A program made the position numbers and the translations under genes. The notes beneath the pieces are model-generated. The model did no database searches and was not told the origin of the DNA. It worked only from the letters and a program-made list of their open reading frames with translations. A DNA stretch of 62,337 nucleotides, counting the filler, from a bacterium (GTDB lineage: Bacteria; UBA9089; CG2-30-40-21; SBAY01): the NCBI GenBank assembly GCA_040757115.1. It is 9 parts of 9 records of this genome, joined end to end, with 100 filler letters (N's around TTAATTAATTAA, not from the genome) between each part and the next. Parts side by side here need not be neighbours in the genome. Positions count along the whole stretch, not along the records: positions 34,951 to 41,753 come from JBFLYA010000200.1; positions 41,854 to 48,648 come from JBFLYA010000201.1; positions 48,749 to 55,508 come from JBFLYA010000202.1; 6 more parts are not named here. One strand, 5' to 3'. Positions 38,135-49,460 of the stretch are shown here, in pieces. Numbering within the stretch: position 1 is the first letter of the stretch; each line of letters opens with the position of its first letter.

Positions 38135-39742
38135 TTATTTAGCTGACCCAATTCGATATGTAATTTGAGCCTTTTGAGACATAGGTGGTAAAATAGCCTC
38201 TGCAACAAGGATAGGTTTTTCAAATTGTTTATTTTTAAAAGCGGCAACAATAACATCTTCTTTAATTCCAACCATAACACCTTTTCGTTTTAAGGCAGAG
38301 AGGACATCTTCTGGACCAAGCATTAAATTACCCTTTTGGGGAGGAATTATCGTAAAATAAGCCTTAAGTTTATCTTCTGATATATCAATTTTAACTTTTC
38401 CACCTATTTCTTGAGTAAGTTGCATAATACCAATTTTAACGGTTGTAGGAACATTTGTCTTACAGGCAGCTATTATTTTAGAAGAATCGATTCCAATAAA
38501 ACCTTGTTGTTGTGCGGCAAGGATAATATTTTCCGGGCTCACCTTTTTCCCTGAGCCACTTGAAGAAATAATGTGGAGATATAAACCATCTTCGCGGTTT
38601 TCGAATTTAAAATTCCCATCTACTGGAGGACCATCTATATTATTTATCTCATTCCATTCTTTTTTCCAATGTTCAGAGGCACCTTGAGGAAATATTCGCA
38701 ATATAGGTCGGTTAGAATATTCATTAGAAATTATTTCTCCATCTAACCCTTCAGCCGGCAAACCTAATAATTCAGCACCTTTTCTTTTTCCTTCTTCTAA
38801 AGATGCCGCCTGCACGATTACTGATGGTGAGAATTGAGGATGTTTAACCTTTTGTTTATGAGTATCTTCTTGAGAGGCAGAGTGGGTAAACTCGATTTTA
38901 GGTTCTTGATATTCAGTGGTTGTCATTCCGGATAGTTCTGCTTTAATCGTCAGGCGTTTCAATTTCCGTTTGGGAATCATTGTTCTTCTTCCCAATATCA
39001 TTTTTACTTTGGGATAAAGTATTCCGTGGATTGAGATATTTCCGCCTTGCTGTATCTTTACTTCGGTTTGTATAGAGGTGCGTTCACTGCCAATGGTCAT
39101 AGCGTTTATTTCTTTTTTGGCACAAACAACGCCACCAGCAATTATTCCTTTTCTCCCAGAACAAATTACCCTTTCTCCATTTACTTTACACCCAAGTAAT
39201 GCCCCTTCTATTAAAATATAGCCTTTTGCCTCTAATGATGATTCTTTAGCCGAGCAAGATTTAATATTCTCTTGTGCAATTATAGTTGCATTTCTAACTT
39301 CTTGTTTTATTTCTACGGTTCCACCTGAATCTATTTCAGCATCTGCTACAGAGCCCGCGATACTAACATCGGCGGTAGCGTGTATTTTAAATTTCCCCTC
39401 CACACTGCCTGAAACTTTCACCTCGCCATCAAAGTCAATATTCTCCTCTACATCTTTAGTTATTTGAAGCACTCTTTGGACATCTACGCGGTTTCCCTGC
39501 CACCTGATTTTTCCAAAAGAGGCGGAGTAAATCCGCAACCCATCTTCAGAGGCATAAACATTCATTCCTAAAATAACAGGAATATCCTCTCCCAGCTGAG
39601 GTAATAATTCTTCGCCGGTAACCGTTAATCCTGGTTTACCGAGGGCAGGTGGTTTTTTTACGGCTAATAATTGTCCCGGGATAGCATCATCCCCTAATGC
39701 TTCTATCTCCCAGGCCAGGTGAGTATCAACTTGTTCTTCCAT
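38135..39742 (-). CDS. FapA/DUF342-family protein with permuted domain order
   Basis: GQLLAVKKPP..GKPG.TVTGE, NIDFDGEV.V.GSV and G.IAGG in the N-half; ISEDKLKAY and LKRKGV.VGI in the C-half. Confidence 0.8.
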   Translation of the reverse strand: MEEQVDTHLAWEIEALGDDAIPGQLLAVKKPPALGKPGLTVTGEELLPQLGEDIPVILGMNVYASEDGLRIYSASFGKIRWQGNRVDVQRVLQITKDVEENIDFDGEVKVSGSVEGKFKIHATADVSIAGSVADAEIDSGGTVEIKQEVRNATIIAQENIKSCSAKESSLEAKGYILIEGALLGCKVNGERVICSGRKGIIAGGVVCAKKEINAMTIGSERTSIQTEVKIQQGGNISIHGILYPKVKMILGRRTMIPKRKLKRLTIKAELSGMTTTEYQEPKIEFTHSASQEDTHKQKVKHPQFSPSVIVQAASLEEGKRKGAELLGLPAEGLDGEIISNEYSNRPILRIFPQGASEHWKKEWNEINNIDGPPVDGNFKFENREDGLYLHIISSSGSGKKVSPENIILAAQQQGFIGIDSSKIIAACKTNVPTTVKIGIMQLTQEIGGKVKIDISEDKLKAYFTIIPPQKGNLMLGPEDVLSALKRKGVMVGIKEDVIVAAFKNKQFEKPILVAEAILPPMSQKAQITYRIGSAK

Positions 39743-41377
39743 TTAACCTAAATTTGCAGTTTCCTTTTCAAGTCGTTCAATATGTCCTCTTCCCAGAGCT
39801 TTTACGGCACAACCTAATTTCAAGTACTGCTTGATTTTTACATCGGATAAAATGCCAAAACAATCAACGATTGCCACGGATTTACCCACCAACTTCACTA
39901 AATTTTCAGGATTAATATCAAGGTAGTGTTTATGTTTAACGGCGAATATAACGCCGTCAACATCTTTAAGATTTGAATCTAAGTCATTCTGGATTTTGAG
40001 GTTTTGAAGATTATCCTGATATTTAAAAAATCGAGCTAATGAATGACCTGGAGCAGGATAGGTATCTTGTTTTTCAAATTCCCACCAATGTTGGAGATAA
40101 GGGTCATGAACCGAGATTTTAGCACCCATCTCTGTGAGTTTTCGGACAATAACCTCTGAACCACTATATCGTGTATCGCCTACATCTTCACGATATGCCG
40201 CACCCAATAGAAGGATTTTTGAGTTACTAACCTTTTTACCCATTTTTTTCAATGCCATTTCCATCAATTCTGCCACATGTAATGCCCTTGTATCATTAAT
40301 ATTAATAGATAAGGGTGTTATCTTGAAAATATCATCTTTAAAATTAAGGATATTTTTATATGCCCAAACGCCTAAAGCCCCATCTTTTGGCAAACAATAA
40401 CCACCAACACCAGGTCCTGGAAAGATAATATTATTATGTGTAGGGCGGATTTTGATTGCCTCAATAACCTTGGTCAGGTCAACACCATTTCGTTCGGCAA
40501 ATAAGCTCCATTCATCCAAAAAGGCTAAGATAGTTGCCCGGTAACTATTTTCAATGATTTTTGTTGTTTCTGATTCGACTGGTCTATCCAGAACAGTTAA
40601 AGGATATTCATCGGTATTTAGCACCTCATTTAAAAATTTAACTACCCGCCTTTTGCTTTCTTGATTTATACCGCTACAAACTCGCCAGAAATCACGGATT
40701 GAGCTAATGTAATTACGACCTGGCATCACCCGCTCAAATGAATGAGCCAATAAAGGTTCTGTTTCAATATTCCGCTTTTTGAATTCCTCTTTTAATATTG
40801 GATACGCAACAAACTCAGTTGTGCCTGGAGCCACAGTTGTTTCTATCAAAACCAGGGCATCAGCTGGCATTTTTTCGCCAATTACTCTTAGCGACTTTTC
40901 TAATGCGGCCATATCTGTATTTCCAGTTGAAATATCACCCAGAGATTCTTTCATATAGTCACATTGGACATCGACCACGATTACATCAGCTAAACTAAAC
41001 GCATAGCCAGTAAAGGTAGCAATTAATGTTTCTTTATCCCGAACACATCGCAAAATCATTGGTTCTACTTCCGGGTCTTCTGCTTTGACGGGTGAAATGC
41101 CTCGGTTAAGATAAGGGATTTTCCAGTATGAGCGAGGTGAAGGTCTTTGCATGCCAATAACAAATTTTTGTGGTTTTTTTGTTTTTTTATCGACACTATC
41201 AGCAATGATTGCCGCCATAACCGCACCAACAAAACCAATTCCAACAACAACAACAATTTCATATCCTTCCGCTCGTTTTTTACCTACAATTTCATCTAAC
41301 CGTTTATATTCAGCCAGATAATCATCCTGTGTTGGAAGCAAAAACTTTTCTCCATTTGGGCTTACTGAATACTCCAT
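39743..41377 (-). CDS. UDP-glucose/GDP-mannose dehydrogenase family protein
   Basis: GIGFVG, ETTVAPGTT, ERVMPG, K..EN.YR, GPGVGGYCLPKD and GAAYREDVGDTR motifs. Confidence 0.9.
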   Translation of the reverse strand: MEYSVSPNGEKFLLPTQDDYLAEYKRLDEIVGKKRAEGYEIVVVVGIGFVGAVMAAIIADSVDKKTKKPQKFVIGMQRPSPRSYWKIPYLNRGISPVKAEDPEVEPMILRCVRDKETLIATFTGYAFSLADVIVVDVQCDYMKESLGDISTGNTDMAALEKSLRVIGEKMPADALVLIETTVAPGTTEFVAYPILKEEFKKRNIETEPLLAHSFERVMPGRNYISSIRDFWRVCSGINQESKRRVVKFLNEVLNTDEYPLTVLDRPVESETTKIIENSYRATILAFLDEWSLFAERNGVDLTKVIEAIKIRPTHNNIIFPGPGVGGYCLPKDGALGVWAYKNILNFKDDIFKITPLSININDTRALHVAELMEMALKKMGKKVSNSKILLLGAAYREDVGDTRYSGSEVIVRKLTEMGAKISVHDPYLQHWWEFEKQDTYPAPGHSLARFFKYQDNLQNLKIQNDLDSNLKDVDGVIFAVKHKHYLDINPENLVKLVGKSVAIVDCFGILSDVKIKQYLKLGCAVKALGRGHIERLEKETANLG

Positions 41378-41870
41378 AATATTTTACCTCCTTTGTTTTG
41401 GTAATTGGTAACTGGTGAATGGTAATTAGTTACCAGTTACCATTTAACCGATTACTTACTTTATAATTTCGTGAAGCCCTATTGTGTAAGTATTCAATCC
41501 TGAGATATCAGGAGTCAGACACTGAAAGTCTACTTTTCAGAACTGGAATTTAATTTCTTGACAATTCTCTAAATATAGGATAAAATATACCTCCAGGACG
41601 AGGAGAAACGCTCATGCCCACAGGGATGGACACAAAGTCTTATGGTGAAATGTCAAGTAAAAAATTAAGTTTTTTTAAAAATATTTTTCTTGACTTATAT
41701 CCCTAAAAAGGCACAAAAATAGTATGTTCGGATACAAGTGAATTTTTTAAATANNNNNNNNNNNNNNNNNNNNNNNNNNNNNNNNNNNNNNNNNNNNTTA
41801 ATTAATTAANNNNNNNNNNNNNNNNNNNNNNNNNNNNNNNNNNNNNNNNNNNNAATCTTTATATCCGGGG

Positions 41871-41978
41871 GTGGGTCAATTCTCATTGCCAAATTTGTTC
41901 ATTTTTGATCTGATTTTTTTACATGGGTGGGTCAATTTCCATTGCCAAAAGTGGGTCAATTTTGGTTTGCCATTAACA
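41871..41978 (+). mobile_element. IS21-family terminus inserted in an IS1634 transposase
   Basis: Three GTGGGTCAATT..TTGCCA repeats ending TTAACA (TGT terminus). Confidence 0.75.
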
Positions 41979-42444
41979 ACTTATGAGAAGAATTTGAGTG
42001 CAGAGGAGATAATCGAATCTTATAAAGACCTACAAGATGTAGAGAGAGCATTTCGGAGTTTAAAGGCACCATTAGAAGTTCGACCTTTTTATCACCATAA
42101 AGAGGAAAGAGTGAAAGCTCATGTGTTTATCTGTGTTTTGGCTTATATCGTGCAAAAAGTAGTAGAGAAGATGTTACGGGAGGGAGGTATTAATGTAACA
42201 GGCGAAAGGGTTTTTAGTCTGTTTAAACAGATGGGAATAGGTGTTATGAAGGTAGGAGGAGAATCTTATGCTTATACAAGTGAACCTACTTATATGCAAA
42301 ATAGGATTTTGAAAACCCTCAAGATAAAATCTCCATCACGGATAATTATGGAAGAGAAAAACAGAAAGAGCCACATGTAGTGACAATCTTAAAAATTAAG
42401 TGTAGTAATATCAATATGTTACAAATTTTGCTGTTGAATGTGAG
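41979..42444 (+). mobile_element. IS1634-family remnant (transposase C-terminus to 42380, plus right end)
   Basis: YKDLQDVERAFRSLK..LEVRPFYH..EERVKAHVFICVLAY; end CTGTTGAATGTGAG. Confidence 0.85.
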
Positions 42445-42613
42445 TCGTAACTATTTACTCAAGTGAAGTGTAACAAAGGAAAAAGGGGAAATAAGAAAAA
42501 TGGGAAAGGGTGAAATATTTGGGTTATGGTTAAGAAACCAGTAGAGAAATTGGGTTGAGAAGTTAGTGAAGGGAAAGACCAATTTCCTTTCCCTTATTTA
42601 CACCTTCAGATGG

Positions 42614-43393
42614 CTAAAGTGTTACACCATGGCAAATACCCCGTTTAGAGTTTTTAATAAAGTCTATCAGATAATTAATTTCAGGAGAGGGGGGTAATTC
42701 TTGCTCTATTTTTTTTAGAGCTTGAGAAGTATTAAGTTTAGAGCGATAAAGGATTTTGTAAGCAGATTTGAGGTTATTGCGGATTTCTTGTGAAAAACCT
42801 GCTCTTCGTAGCCCGACAGAATTTATCCCATGAATGACTAATGGATTACCATCAGCTAAGATATAAGGCGGGACATCTTGAGTTACCTGCGATAATCCAC
42901 CAATCATAGCATAGCTACCGATTCTACAAAATTGATGAATTCCGACTAATCCTGAGATGACCGCTTTATCTTCAACCTTCACATGGCCAGCTAAGAGGGC
43001 ACCATTAGTTATAATTACGCCTGAGCCTATTTCACAATTATGAGCGATATGGCTATTAGCCATCAGATAATTGTCATTGCCAATAACTGTTTTTTCTTTT
43101 TCCTTCCATCCGCGATGAATAGTAACATACTCTCTAATAATATTATTATCTCCAATGATACAATACGATTCCTTGATTTCATAATTTTTGATTTGAGGTT
43201 CATGACCAATAACACAGCCCATGTGGATGGTGCAGTTTTTGCCAATCGTGGTCCAGCCGTTTATAATAACATTAGCCCCGATTTTAGTCCCTTGCCTGAT
43301 AGTCGCATTTTCTTCAATGATACTAAAAGGACCAATTTCTACATCATCTTCTAATTTTGCCTTTGGATGGATAATTGCCGTTGGATGAATCAT
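42614..43393 (-). CDS. lpxA: UDP-N-acetylglucosamine acyltransferase
   Basis: IHPTAII hexapeptide repeats; IREYVTIHRG, HIAHNC, HQF, DVPPY and GLRR motifs. Confidence 0.95.
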   Translation of the reverse strand: MIHPTAIIHPKAKLEDDVEIGPFSIIEENATIRQGTKIGANVIINGWTTIGKNCTIHMGCVIGHEPQIKNYEIKESYCIIGDNNIIREYVTIHRGWKEKEKTVIGNDNYLMANSHIAHNCEIGSGVIITNGALLAGHVKVEDKAVISGLVGIHQFCRIGSYAMIGGLSQVTQDVPPYILADGNPLVIHGINSVGLRRAGFSQEIRNNLKSAYKILYRSKLNTSQALKKIEQELPPSPEINYLIDFIKNSKRGICHGVTL

Positions 43394-43827
43394 CTCGACT
43401 CCTTTTCAGATACAGCAAACATTAATGTTGCCTCAGCGGCTAATTTATTCTCTACATAAGCTTTTCCTTCCATAACCCCAACTTTTTGTCGAATTTTAAT
43501 TGGAACTACTTCAAACCGCAATTGGTCTCCCGGGATAACTGTTTTACGGAATCTTGCATGGTCAATTCCTGTAAAATAAACAATCTTACCCGCATGTTCA
43601 GGTTCAGAGAGCATAAGAACACCTGCAACCTGTGCCATTGCCTCAAGGATAAGTACTCCGGGTATAACCGGATGTCCTGGAAAATGTCCCTGAAAGAAAG
43701 ATTCATTACAGGTAACATTTTTTATTCCCACTATTCTTTTGCCCCTTTCCATCTCAATAATACGGTCGATTAACAGAAATGGATATCGATGTGGCAAAAT
43801 TTCTTGAATCTGTGTTATATCTAACAT
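43390..43827 (-). CDS. fabZ: 3-hydroxyacyl-ACP dehydratase
   Basis: LPHRYPFLLIDR and GHFP..PV.PGVLILEAMAQ motifs. Confidence 0.96.
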   Translation of the reverse strand: MLDITQIQEILPHRYPFLLIDRIIEMERGKRIVGIKNVTCNESFFQGHFPGHPVIPGVLILEAMAQVAGVLMLSEPEHAGKIVYFTGIDHARFRKTVIPGDQLRFEVVPIKIRQKVGVMEGKAYVENKLAAEATLMFAVSEKESR

Positions 43828-43851
43828 CTTTCTCTCCTTTTTTTACTAACT

Positions 43852-44304
43852 TAGAGTTCTGCAAAACTAAGAAACTGTAGTTTTTAAGCGGGTATTTAAA
43901 ACCTCTATTTTTATCAATTTCCTCCAAAGAGCAAAATGCAAAACTCGTTTATAGTTTATAGTTTATAGTGTATAGTGTATAGTTTATAGTTTATGGTTTA
44001 TAGTCTATAGTCCTTCAACTATCAACTATCTACTATCAACTATAAACTATCTACTATAAACTATCAACTATCAACTATCTACTATCAACTATCTTTGCCA
44101 AAGTTCAGTAAAATTATCTCTTTCCTTTCAGCGTTAAAATACTTGAAGCAAAGATATTACCAAATTCCTCCAACTCTTTGAGAAATCATGCTACTTCCTT
44201 TTTGAAATTTGATTTGTAATTTTGCATTTTGATATTTAATATTTGATATTTAATATTTGATATTTAATTGTTGTCTCCCCCAAATCCTATTTTGCAGAAC
44301 CCTA
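43852..44304. mobile_element. TAG-ended MITE with 7-nt repeat arrays and a four-helix-bundle remnant (partial copy at 48277-48648)
   Basis: TIR TAG(A/G)GTTCTGCAAAA; 8-bp TSD TACTAACT. Confidence 0.88.
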
Positions 44305-44313
44305 TACTAACTT

Positions 44314-45705
44314 TTAAAGTATATACCTGCTTAAATCCTCATCCTTAACAATATCTTCTAATTTTTTGCGGACATACTCACGGTCGATAATAATCTCTTT
44401 AGTAGAGATTTCTGGTGCCTCAAAGGAAATATCTTCAACTACCTTTTCAATAATCGTATGTAATCTTCTTGCCCCGATATTTTCGGTTCGTTCATTTATA
44501 GCATAGGCCATAGAAGCCATTTCGTCTATGGCATCTTCTGTGAATTTTATTTTTATTTCCTCTGTTTCTAATAAGGCAACATACTGTTTAATCAAGGCAT
44601 TTTGAGGTTGAGTCAGGATTTGTTTAAATTGTTCTTCGGTTAATGTGTTTAACTCAACTCGAATTGGAAATCTACCTTGCAACTCAGGGATTAAATCAGA
44701 CGGTTTGGAATTGTGAAAAGTTCCGGCGGCAATAAAGAGAATATGTTGAGTTCGCACAGGTCCATAGCGGGTATTGACCGTAGAACCTTCAACAATAGGC
44801 AATAAATCTCGTTGAACCCCTTCTCGTGAGACATCAGGTCCTCCTCCTGGCGTTCCACTACCGGCGATTTTATCTAATTCATCTAAAAATATTATCCCTT
44901 GATTTTCTACGCGGGAAATAGCCTCTTTAGTTACCTTTTCCATATCGATTATTTTTTGAGATTCTTCTTGAGCTAATATTCTTCGGGCTTCAGCAACCGT
45001 TACCTTTCGCTTTTTAATCTTTGATGGTAGAACGGTACTCAAGGCATCCGTTAGTCCCATATCTATTCCTTCTATGCCACTGCCGGCAAAAACCTCTATC
45101 ATTGGTAGCACTGTTTCTTTTACCTCAATCTCTATCATTCTATTTTCCAGAACACCCTGACGGAGTTGCTCTCGCAATTTTTCACGGGTAGCGGCAAATC
45201 TCTCTTTGGTATTAACCTCTTCTGTCTCAGGTTCTATTTCCATAAATGGAATAAACGGTGTGGCAAGTTTCTTTCTGCCTCTACCTCTTGGAACAGGAAG
45301 AAGAAGATCCAGTATCCTTTCTTCCGCTAACTCATCCGCCTTCCCCTTAACCGACTCAATTGCCTCAGACTTGACCATATTAAGCGTCAGATTAGTCAGG
45401 TCTCTAACCATAGATTCCACATCTCGACCCACATAGCCAACCTCAGTGAATTTAGTCGCTTCTACCTTCAAGAAAGGCACTTTAGCTAAGTGAGCCAGCC
45501 GTCTGGCAATCTCTGTTTTACCGATACCCGTAGAACCTATCATAATGATATTTTTAGGTGCGACTTCATCTCGTAGTTCATCTGGTAGCCGTTGTCTGCG
45601 ATAGCGATTTCGTAAGGCAATAGCTACAGATTTTTTAGCATCGTTTTGACCAATGATGTATTTGTCTAACTCTGCAACTATCTTTCTTGGAGTTAATTCA
45701 TCCAT
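44314..45705 (-). CDS. hslU: ATP-dependent protease ATPase subunit HslU
   Basis: [46 protein letters not shown] and [13 protein letters not shown] motifs. Confidence 0.97.
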   Translation of the reverse strand: MDELTPRKIVAELDKYIIGQNDAKKSVAIALRNRYRRQRLPDELRDEVAPKNIIMIGSTGIGKTEIARRLAHLAKVPFLKVEATKFTEVGYVGRDVESMVRDLTNLTLNMVKSEAIESVKGKADELAEERILDLLLPVPRGRGRKKLATPFIPFMEIEPETEEVNTKERFAATREKLREQLRQGVLENRMIEIEVKETVLPMIEVFAGSGIEGIDMGLTDALSTVLPSKIKKRKVTVAEARRILAQEESQKIIDMEKVTKEAISRVENQGIIFLDELDKIAGSGTPGGGPDVSREGVQRDLLPIVEGSTVNTRYGPVRTQHILFIAAGTFHNSKPSDLIPELQGRFPIRVELNTLTEEQFKQILTQPQNALIKQYVALLETEEIKIKFTEDAIDEMASMAYAINERTENIGARRLHTIIEKVVEDISFEAPEISTKEIIIDREYVRKKLEDIVKDEDLSRYIL

Positions 45706-46965
45706 TTATCTTCCCTCCTTGTTCATCTTCTTTTTTTGTCGTAGAGTCTCACTATTAGACCTATCTGACATATTCAACAGATGTCCTAATTTTTCCTTTT
45801 TTGTTTTCAGGTAGTCAACATTAAAAGGAGTTGGTAATATTTCTATTGGAACTCTTTCCACGACCTGTAATCCATAACCTTCTATTCCAACAATTTTGCG
45901 CGGGTTATTGGTTAATAATCTAATGGTGGATAGACCCAATTCCACCAGTATTTGAGCACCAATTCCATAATCACGCAAATCTCCAGGAAAACCCAATTCT
46001 TCATTTGCCTCAACCGTATCCAGTCCTTTATCCTGTAATTCGTAAGCCTTTATCTTATTCAGCAGTCCAATCCCTCTACCTTCCTGGCACATATAAAGTA
46101 AAACACCTTTTCCCTCTTTTTCAATCATTTTTAGGGCATAGTCAAATTGTGAGCCGCAGTCACATCGTGTTGATTTAAAGACATCACCGGTTAAACATTG
46201 GGAATGAACACGGACTAAAACATTTTTAGCCCCGGATACATCTCCTTTTATTAAGGCGACATGAATATGTTTATCTAAGAGAGATTCATAGCCGCACATT
46301 CTAAATTGACCATAAGCCGTTGGCAGGAATGCATCGGCTACCTTTTCAATCAATTTTTCCGAGCGTCTTCGATAATGAATAAGGTCAGCGATGGTAATAA
46401 TTTTCAGGTGATGCAAAGCGGCGAATTTTATTAAAGATGGGAGTCGAGCCATATATCCGTCATCATCCATTATCTCACAAATTACCCCTGCGGGATAACA
46501 ACCCGCTAATTTGGCTAAATCTACCGCCGCCTCTGTATGGCCGGCTCTTCTCAAAACACCACCTTCTACAGCCCGTAATGGAAAGATATGGCCAGGTCGT
46601 CTGAGGTCACCAGGTTTAGAATCAGGATTTAAGACAGTCTTTATTGTCTGTGCCCGGTCGTGGGCAGAAATGCCTGTTGTTGTTCCATCCTTAGCATCAA
46701 TAGAAACTGTAAATGCGGTTTCTAAAATATCTGTTGGTTCTTTGACCATCGGATGGATATCTAACTCATCTAATCTCGAACCAATAACAGGCAGACAAAT
46801 TAATCCTCGCCCATATTTAGCCATAAAATTTATATGTTCTGGGGTAACATATTCTGCCAGACAAACCAAATCCCCTTCATTTTCCCTATCTTCATCATCA
46901 ACAACAATAATTAATTTGCCTTGTTTCAGGTCTTCAATAGCCTCTTTAATTTTATTAAACTTCAT
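45706..46965 (-). CDS. ribBA: Bifunctional DHBP synthase / GTP cyclohydrolase II
   Basis: [28 protein letters not shown]...RCDCG and QEGRGIGL motifs. Confidence 0.96.
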   Translation of the reverse strand: MKFNKIKEAIEDLKQGKLIIVVDDEDRENEGDLVCLAEYVTPEHINFMAKYGRGLICLPVIGSRLDELDIHPMVKEPTDILETAFTVSIDAKDGTTTGISAHDRAQTIKTVLNPDSKPGDLRRPGHIFPLRAVEGGVLRRAGHTEAAVDLAKLAGCYPAGVICEIMDDDGYMARLPSLIKFAALHHLKIITIADLIHYRRRSEKLIEKVADAFLPTAYGQFRMCGYESLLDKHIHVALIKGDVSGAKNVLVRVHSQCLTGDVFKSTRCDCGSQFDYALKMIEKEGKGVLLYMCQEGRGIGLLNKIKAYELQDKGLDTVEANEELGFPGDLRDYGIGAQILVELGLSTIRLLTNNPRKIVGIEGYGLQVVERVPIEILPTPFNVDYLKTKKEKLGHLLNMSDRSNSETLRQKKKMNKEGR

Positions 46966-47042
46966 CTATACATACCCACAATCAGCAGGTTTGCAAAATT
47001 TTTCCATAGAGAATTTAATGGATTCAGGGGTCAAATAAAAAA

Positions 47043-47289
47043 GTAACTGTTCACCGCAGAGACACAGAGACGCAGAGAAAAAAATTAAAATCTATTCACC
47101 AGAAACAGAAATTTCCTTTTTTTTGTGCATTTCGGGTCTTTCGTTATTTATTAATCTTTTAATACTTACTTTTGACTAACTGTTTTTTAAGCCTTTTTAA
47201 ACACCGAAAAACGCGAAAAGCACGAAAAAAAGATATTTTCCTCTCTGTTTCTCTGCGTCTGTGCGGTAAAGAATTACCTGAATGGTTAC
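47043..47289 (-). mobile_element. GTAA-MITE subtype A3 (also 56875-57125; partial ending 38128)
   Basis: TIRs present; flanks ATAAAAAA/ATAAAAAG (7 of 8 match). Confidence 0.85.
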
Positions 47290-47446
47290 ATAAAAAGATT
47301 GTTTTTCAACCGCTTAAACTTATCCCCTTTTGGATTGAAGTTCTTGCAAACCTGATTTATTTAAATATAATAATACCATAAAATAAGTTCGTTGTCAATT
47401 AAAAATTAGTTGACGGCAGCTAAAATGTTTGATATACTTACAAATA

Positions 47447-48235
47447 ATGGAAATAAATCTGCTCAGGCAATTATTAGAAGGGGTTAAGGAAGGAAGATTA
47501 ACGATAGAAGAGGCATTGCACAGATTAAAGTTTCTGCCATATCAAGGGTTAGAGGTTGATTCTGAGGTAGTTGCCCATATTGACCATCATCGAGCATTAA
47601 GAAGGGGATTTCCGGAGGTTATTTTTGGACAGGGTAAAAGAACCGTAGAGATAGTTGAGATAGTTAAATCAATGCTTAAACAAGGTAGTAATATTCTTAT
47701 CACTAAAGCCTCTGAGAGGGTGTATCGTGCCGTTCATAAAATTGATATGCGGGCAGATTACAACAAACTTGCCTCAACCATAACCATAATTCAATCCCCA
47801 GTTACTCAAGATTTATCCTTACCATCTGTTTTAATTATTACTGCGGGCACATCTGATATACCTATTGCTGAGGAGTCTGCCGTCACAATAGAGATTATAG
47901 GGATAAAGACAGAAAAACTCTATGATGTTGGGGTAGCAGGAATTCATAGATTATTAAATCAGAAAGAAAAACTTACTCGGGCAGGAATAATTATTGTTGT
48001 TGCAGGGATGGAAGGGGCATTAGCCAGTGTGGTGGGTGGATTAGTCGATGTGCCAATTATCGCCGTGCCAACAAGTGTCGGTTATGGAGCAAGCTTCAGG
48101 GGACTTGCGGCATTATTAACGATGTTAAATAGCTGTGCCCCAGGAATAGCCGTCGTAAATATTGATAATGGTTTTGGCGCTGGCTACTTCGCCGGCATGC
48201 TCATTAAAAAAATAAATGAAAAAAATTTAGTTTGA
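47447..48235 (+). CDS. larB: Nickel-pincer cofactor biosynthesis protein LarB
   Basis: DHHR..RRGFPEVIFG.GK, AGTSD, DVGVAGIHRL, AGMEGAL, PTSVGYG and NIDNGFGA motifs. Confidence 0.92.
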   Translation: MEINLLRQLLEGVKEGRLTIEEALHRLKFLPYQGLEVDSEVVAHIDHHRALRRGFPEVIFGQGKRTVEIVEIVKSMLKQGSNILITKASERVYRAVHKIDMRADYNKLASTITIIQSPVTQDLSLPSVLIITAGTSDIPIAEESAVTIEIIGIKTEKLYDVGVAGIHRLLNQKEKLTRAGIIIVVAGMEGALASVVGGLVDVPIIAVPTSVGYGASFRGLAALLTMLNSCAPGIAVVNIDNGFGAGYFAGMLIKKINEKNLV

Positions 48236-48748
48236 CATTTAAAAGATAATATGTTATATTATTAGCGAGTTATCAATAGGATTCTGCAAAATAGGATTTG
48301 GGGGAGACAACAATTAAATATCAAATATTAAATATTAAATATCAAATATTAAATATCAAAATGCAAAATTACAAATCAAATTTCAAAGAGGAAGTAGCAG
48401 GATTTCTCAAAGAGTTGGAGGAATTTGGTAATATCTTTGCTTCAAGTATTTTAACGCTGAAAGGAAAGAGATAATTTTACTGAACTTTGGCAAAGATAGT
48501 TGATAGTAGATAGTTGATAGTTGATAGTTTATAGTAGATAGTTTATAGTTGATAGTTGATAGTTGATAGTTGATAGTTGAAGGACTATAGACTATAAACC
48601 ATAAACTATAAACCATAAACTATAAACCATAAACTATAAACTATAAACNNNNNNNNNNNNNNNNNNNNNNNNNNNNNNNNNNNNNNNNNNNNTTAATTAA
48701 TTAANNNNNNNNNNNNNNNNNNNNNNNNNNNNNNNNNNNNNNNNNNNN

Positions 48749-49460
48749 AATTTCCACTGATGGTACAGTTGGTAATCGCCGGCGAGCAGGAGTAGTAGCA
48801 TCTAATCCCGCCGCCAGAATCGTTAGCTGAATTTCCACTGATGGTACAGTTGGTAATCGCCGGCGAGGAGAAGAAGTAGCAATAAATCCCGCCGCCAACA
48901 GAGTTAGCTGAATTTCCACTGATGGTACAGTTGGTAATCGCCGGCGAGGAGAAGAAGTAGCAATAAATCCCGCCGCCAACAGAGTTAGCTGAATTTCCAC
49001 TGATGGTACAGTTGGTAATCGCCGGCGAGGAGAAGAAGTAGCAATAAATCCCGCCGCCATGCTCCTCATTAGCTGAATTTCCACTGATGGTACAGTTGGT
49101 AATCGCCGGCGAGGAGGAGTCGCAATAAATCCCGCCGCCAGAACCGTTAGCTGAATTTCCACTGATGGTACAGTTGGTAATTGTTGGTGAGGAGGAGTGG
49201 CTGCAATAAATCCCCCCGCCCACCCAAGCAGCTGAATTTCCACTGATGGTACAGTTGGTAATTGTCGGCGAGGAGTAGGACTCGCAATCAATCCCGCCGC
49301 CAGAATCGTTAGCTGAATTTCCACTGATGGTACAGTTGGCAATTCTCGGCAAGGAGTAGTAGCAAAAAATCCCACCGCCATGCTTATTAGCTGAATTTCT
49401 ACTGATGGTACAGTTGGTAATTGTTGGTGAGGAGAAATGCCAGCAAAAAATCCCGCTGCC
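48749..49460 (-). repeat. About nine tandem 78-84 nt coding repeats
   Basis: GCTGAATTTCCACTGATGGTACAGTTGG recurs at 48826, 48907, 48988, 49072, 49150, 49231, 49312 and (one mismatch) 49390. Confidence 0.9.

Noticed and set aside
41871-41978. N-terminus of the 169-aa ORF
   Set aside because: It is IS21 terminal-repeat DNA read in frame with the IS1634 remnant.
43945-44095. Short periodic arrays as CRISPR
   Set aside because: 7-9 nt tandem units with no unique spacers and no cas genes; they lie inside MITEs.
44314-45705. hslU without adjacent hslV
   Set aside because: Unlinked hslU and hslV occur in other bacteria; absence cannot be judged from a 6.8-kb contig.
48749-49460. 28-nt constant blocks with variable gaps as a CRISPR array or DGR target
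   Set aside because: All periods are multiples of 3 within one ORF, the gaps are homologous to each other, and no reverse transcriptase is present.
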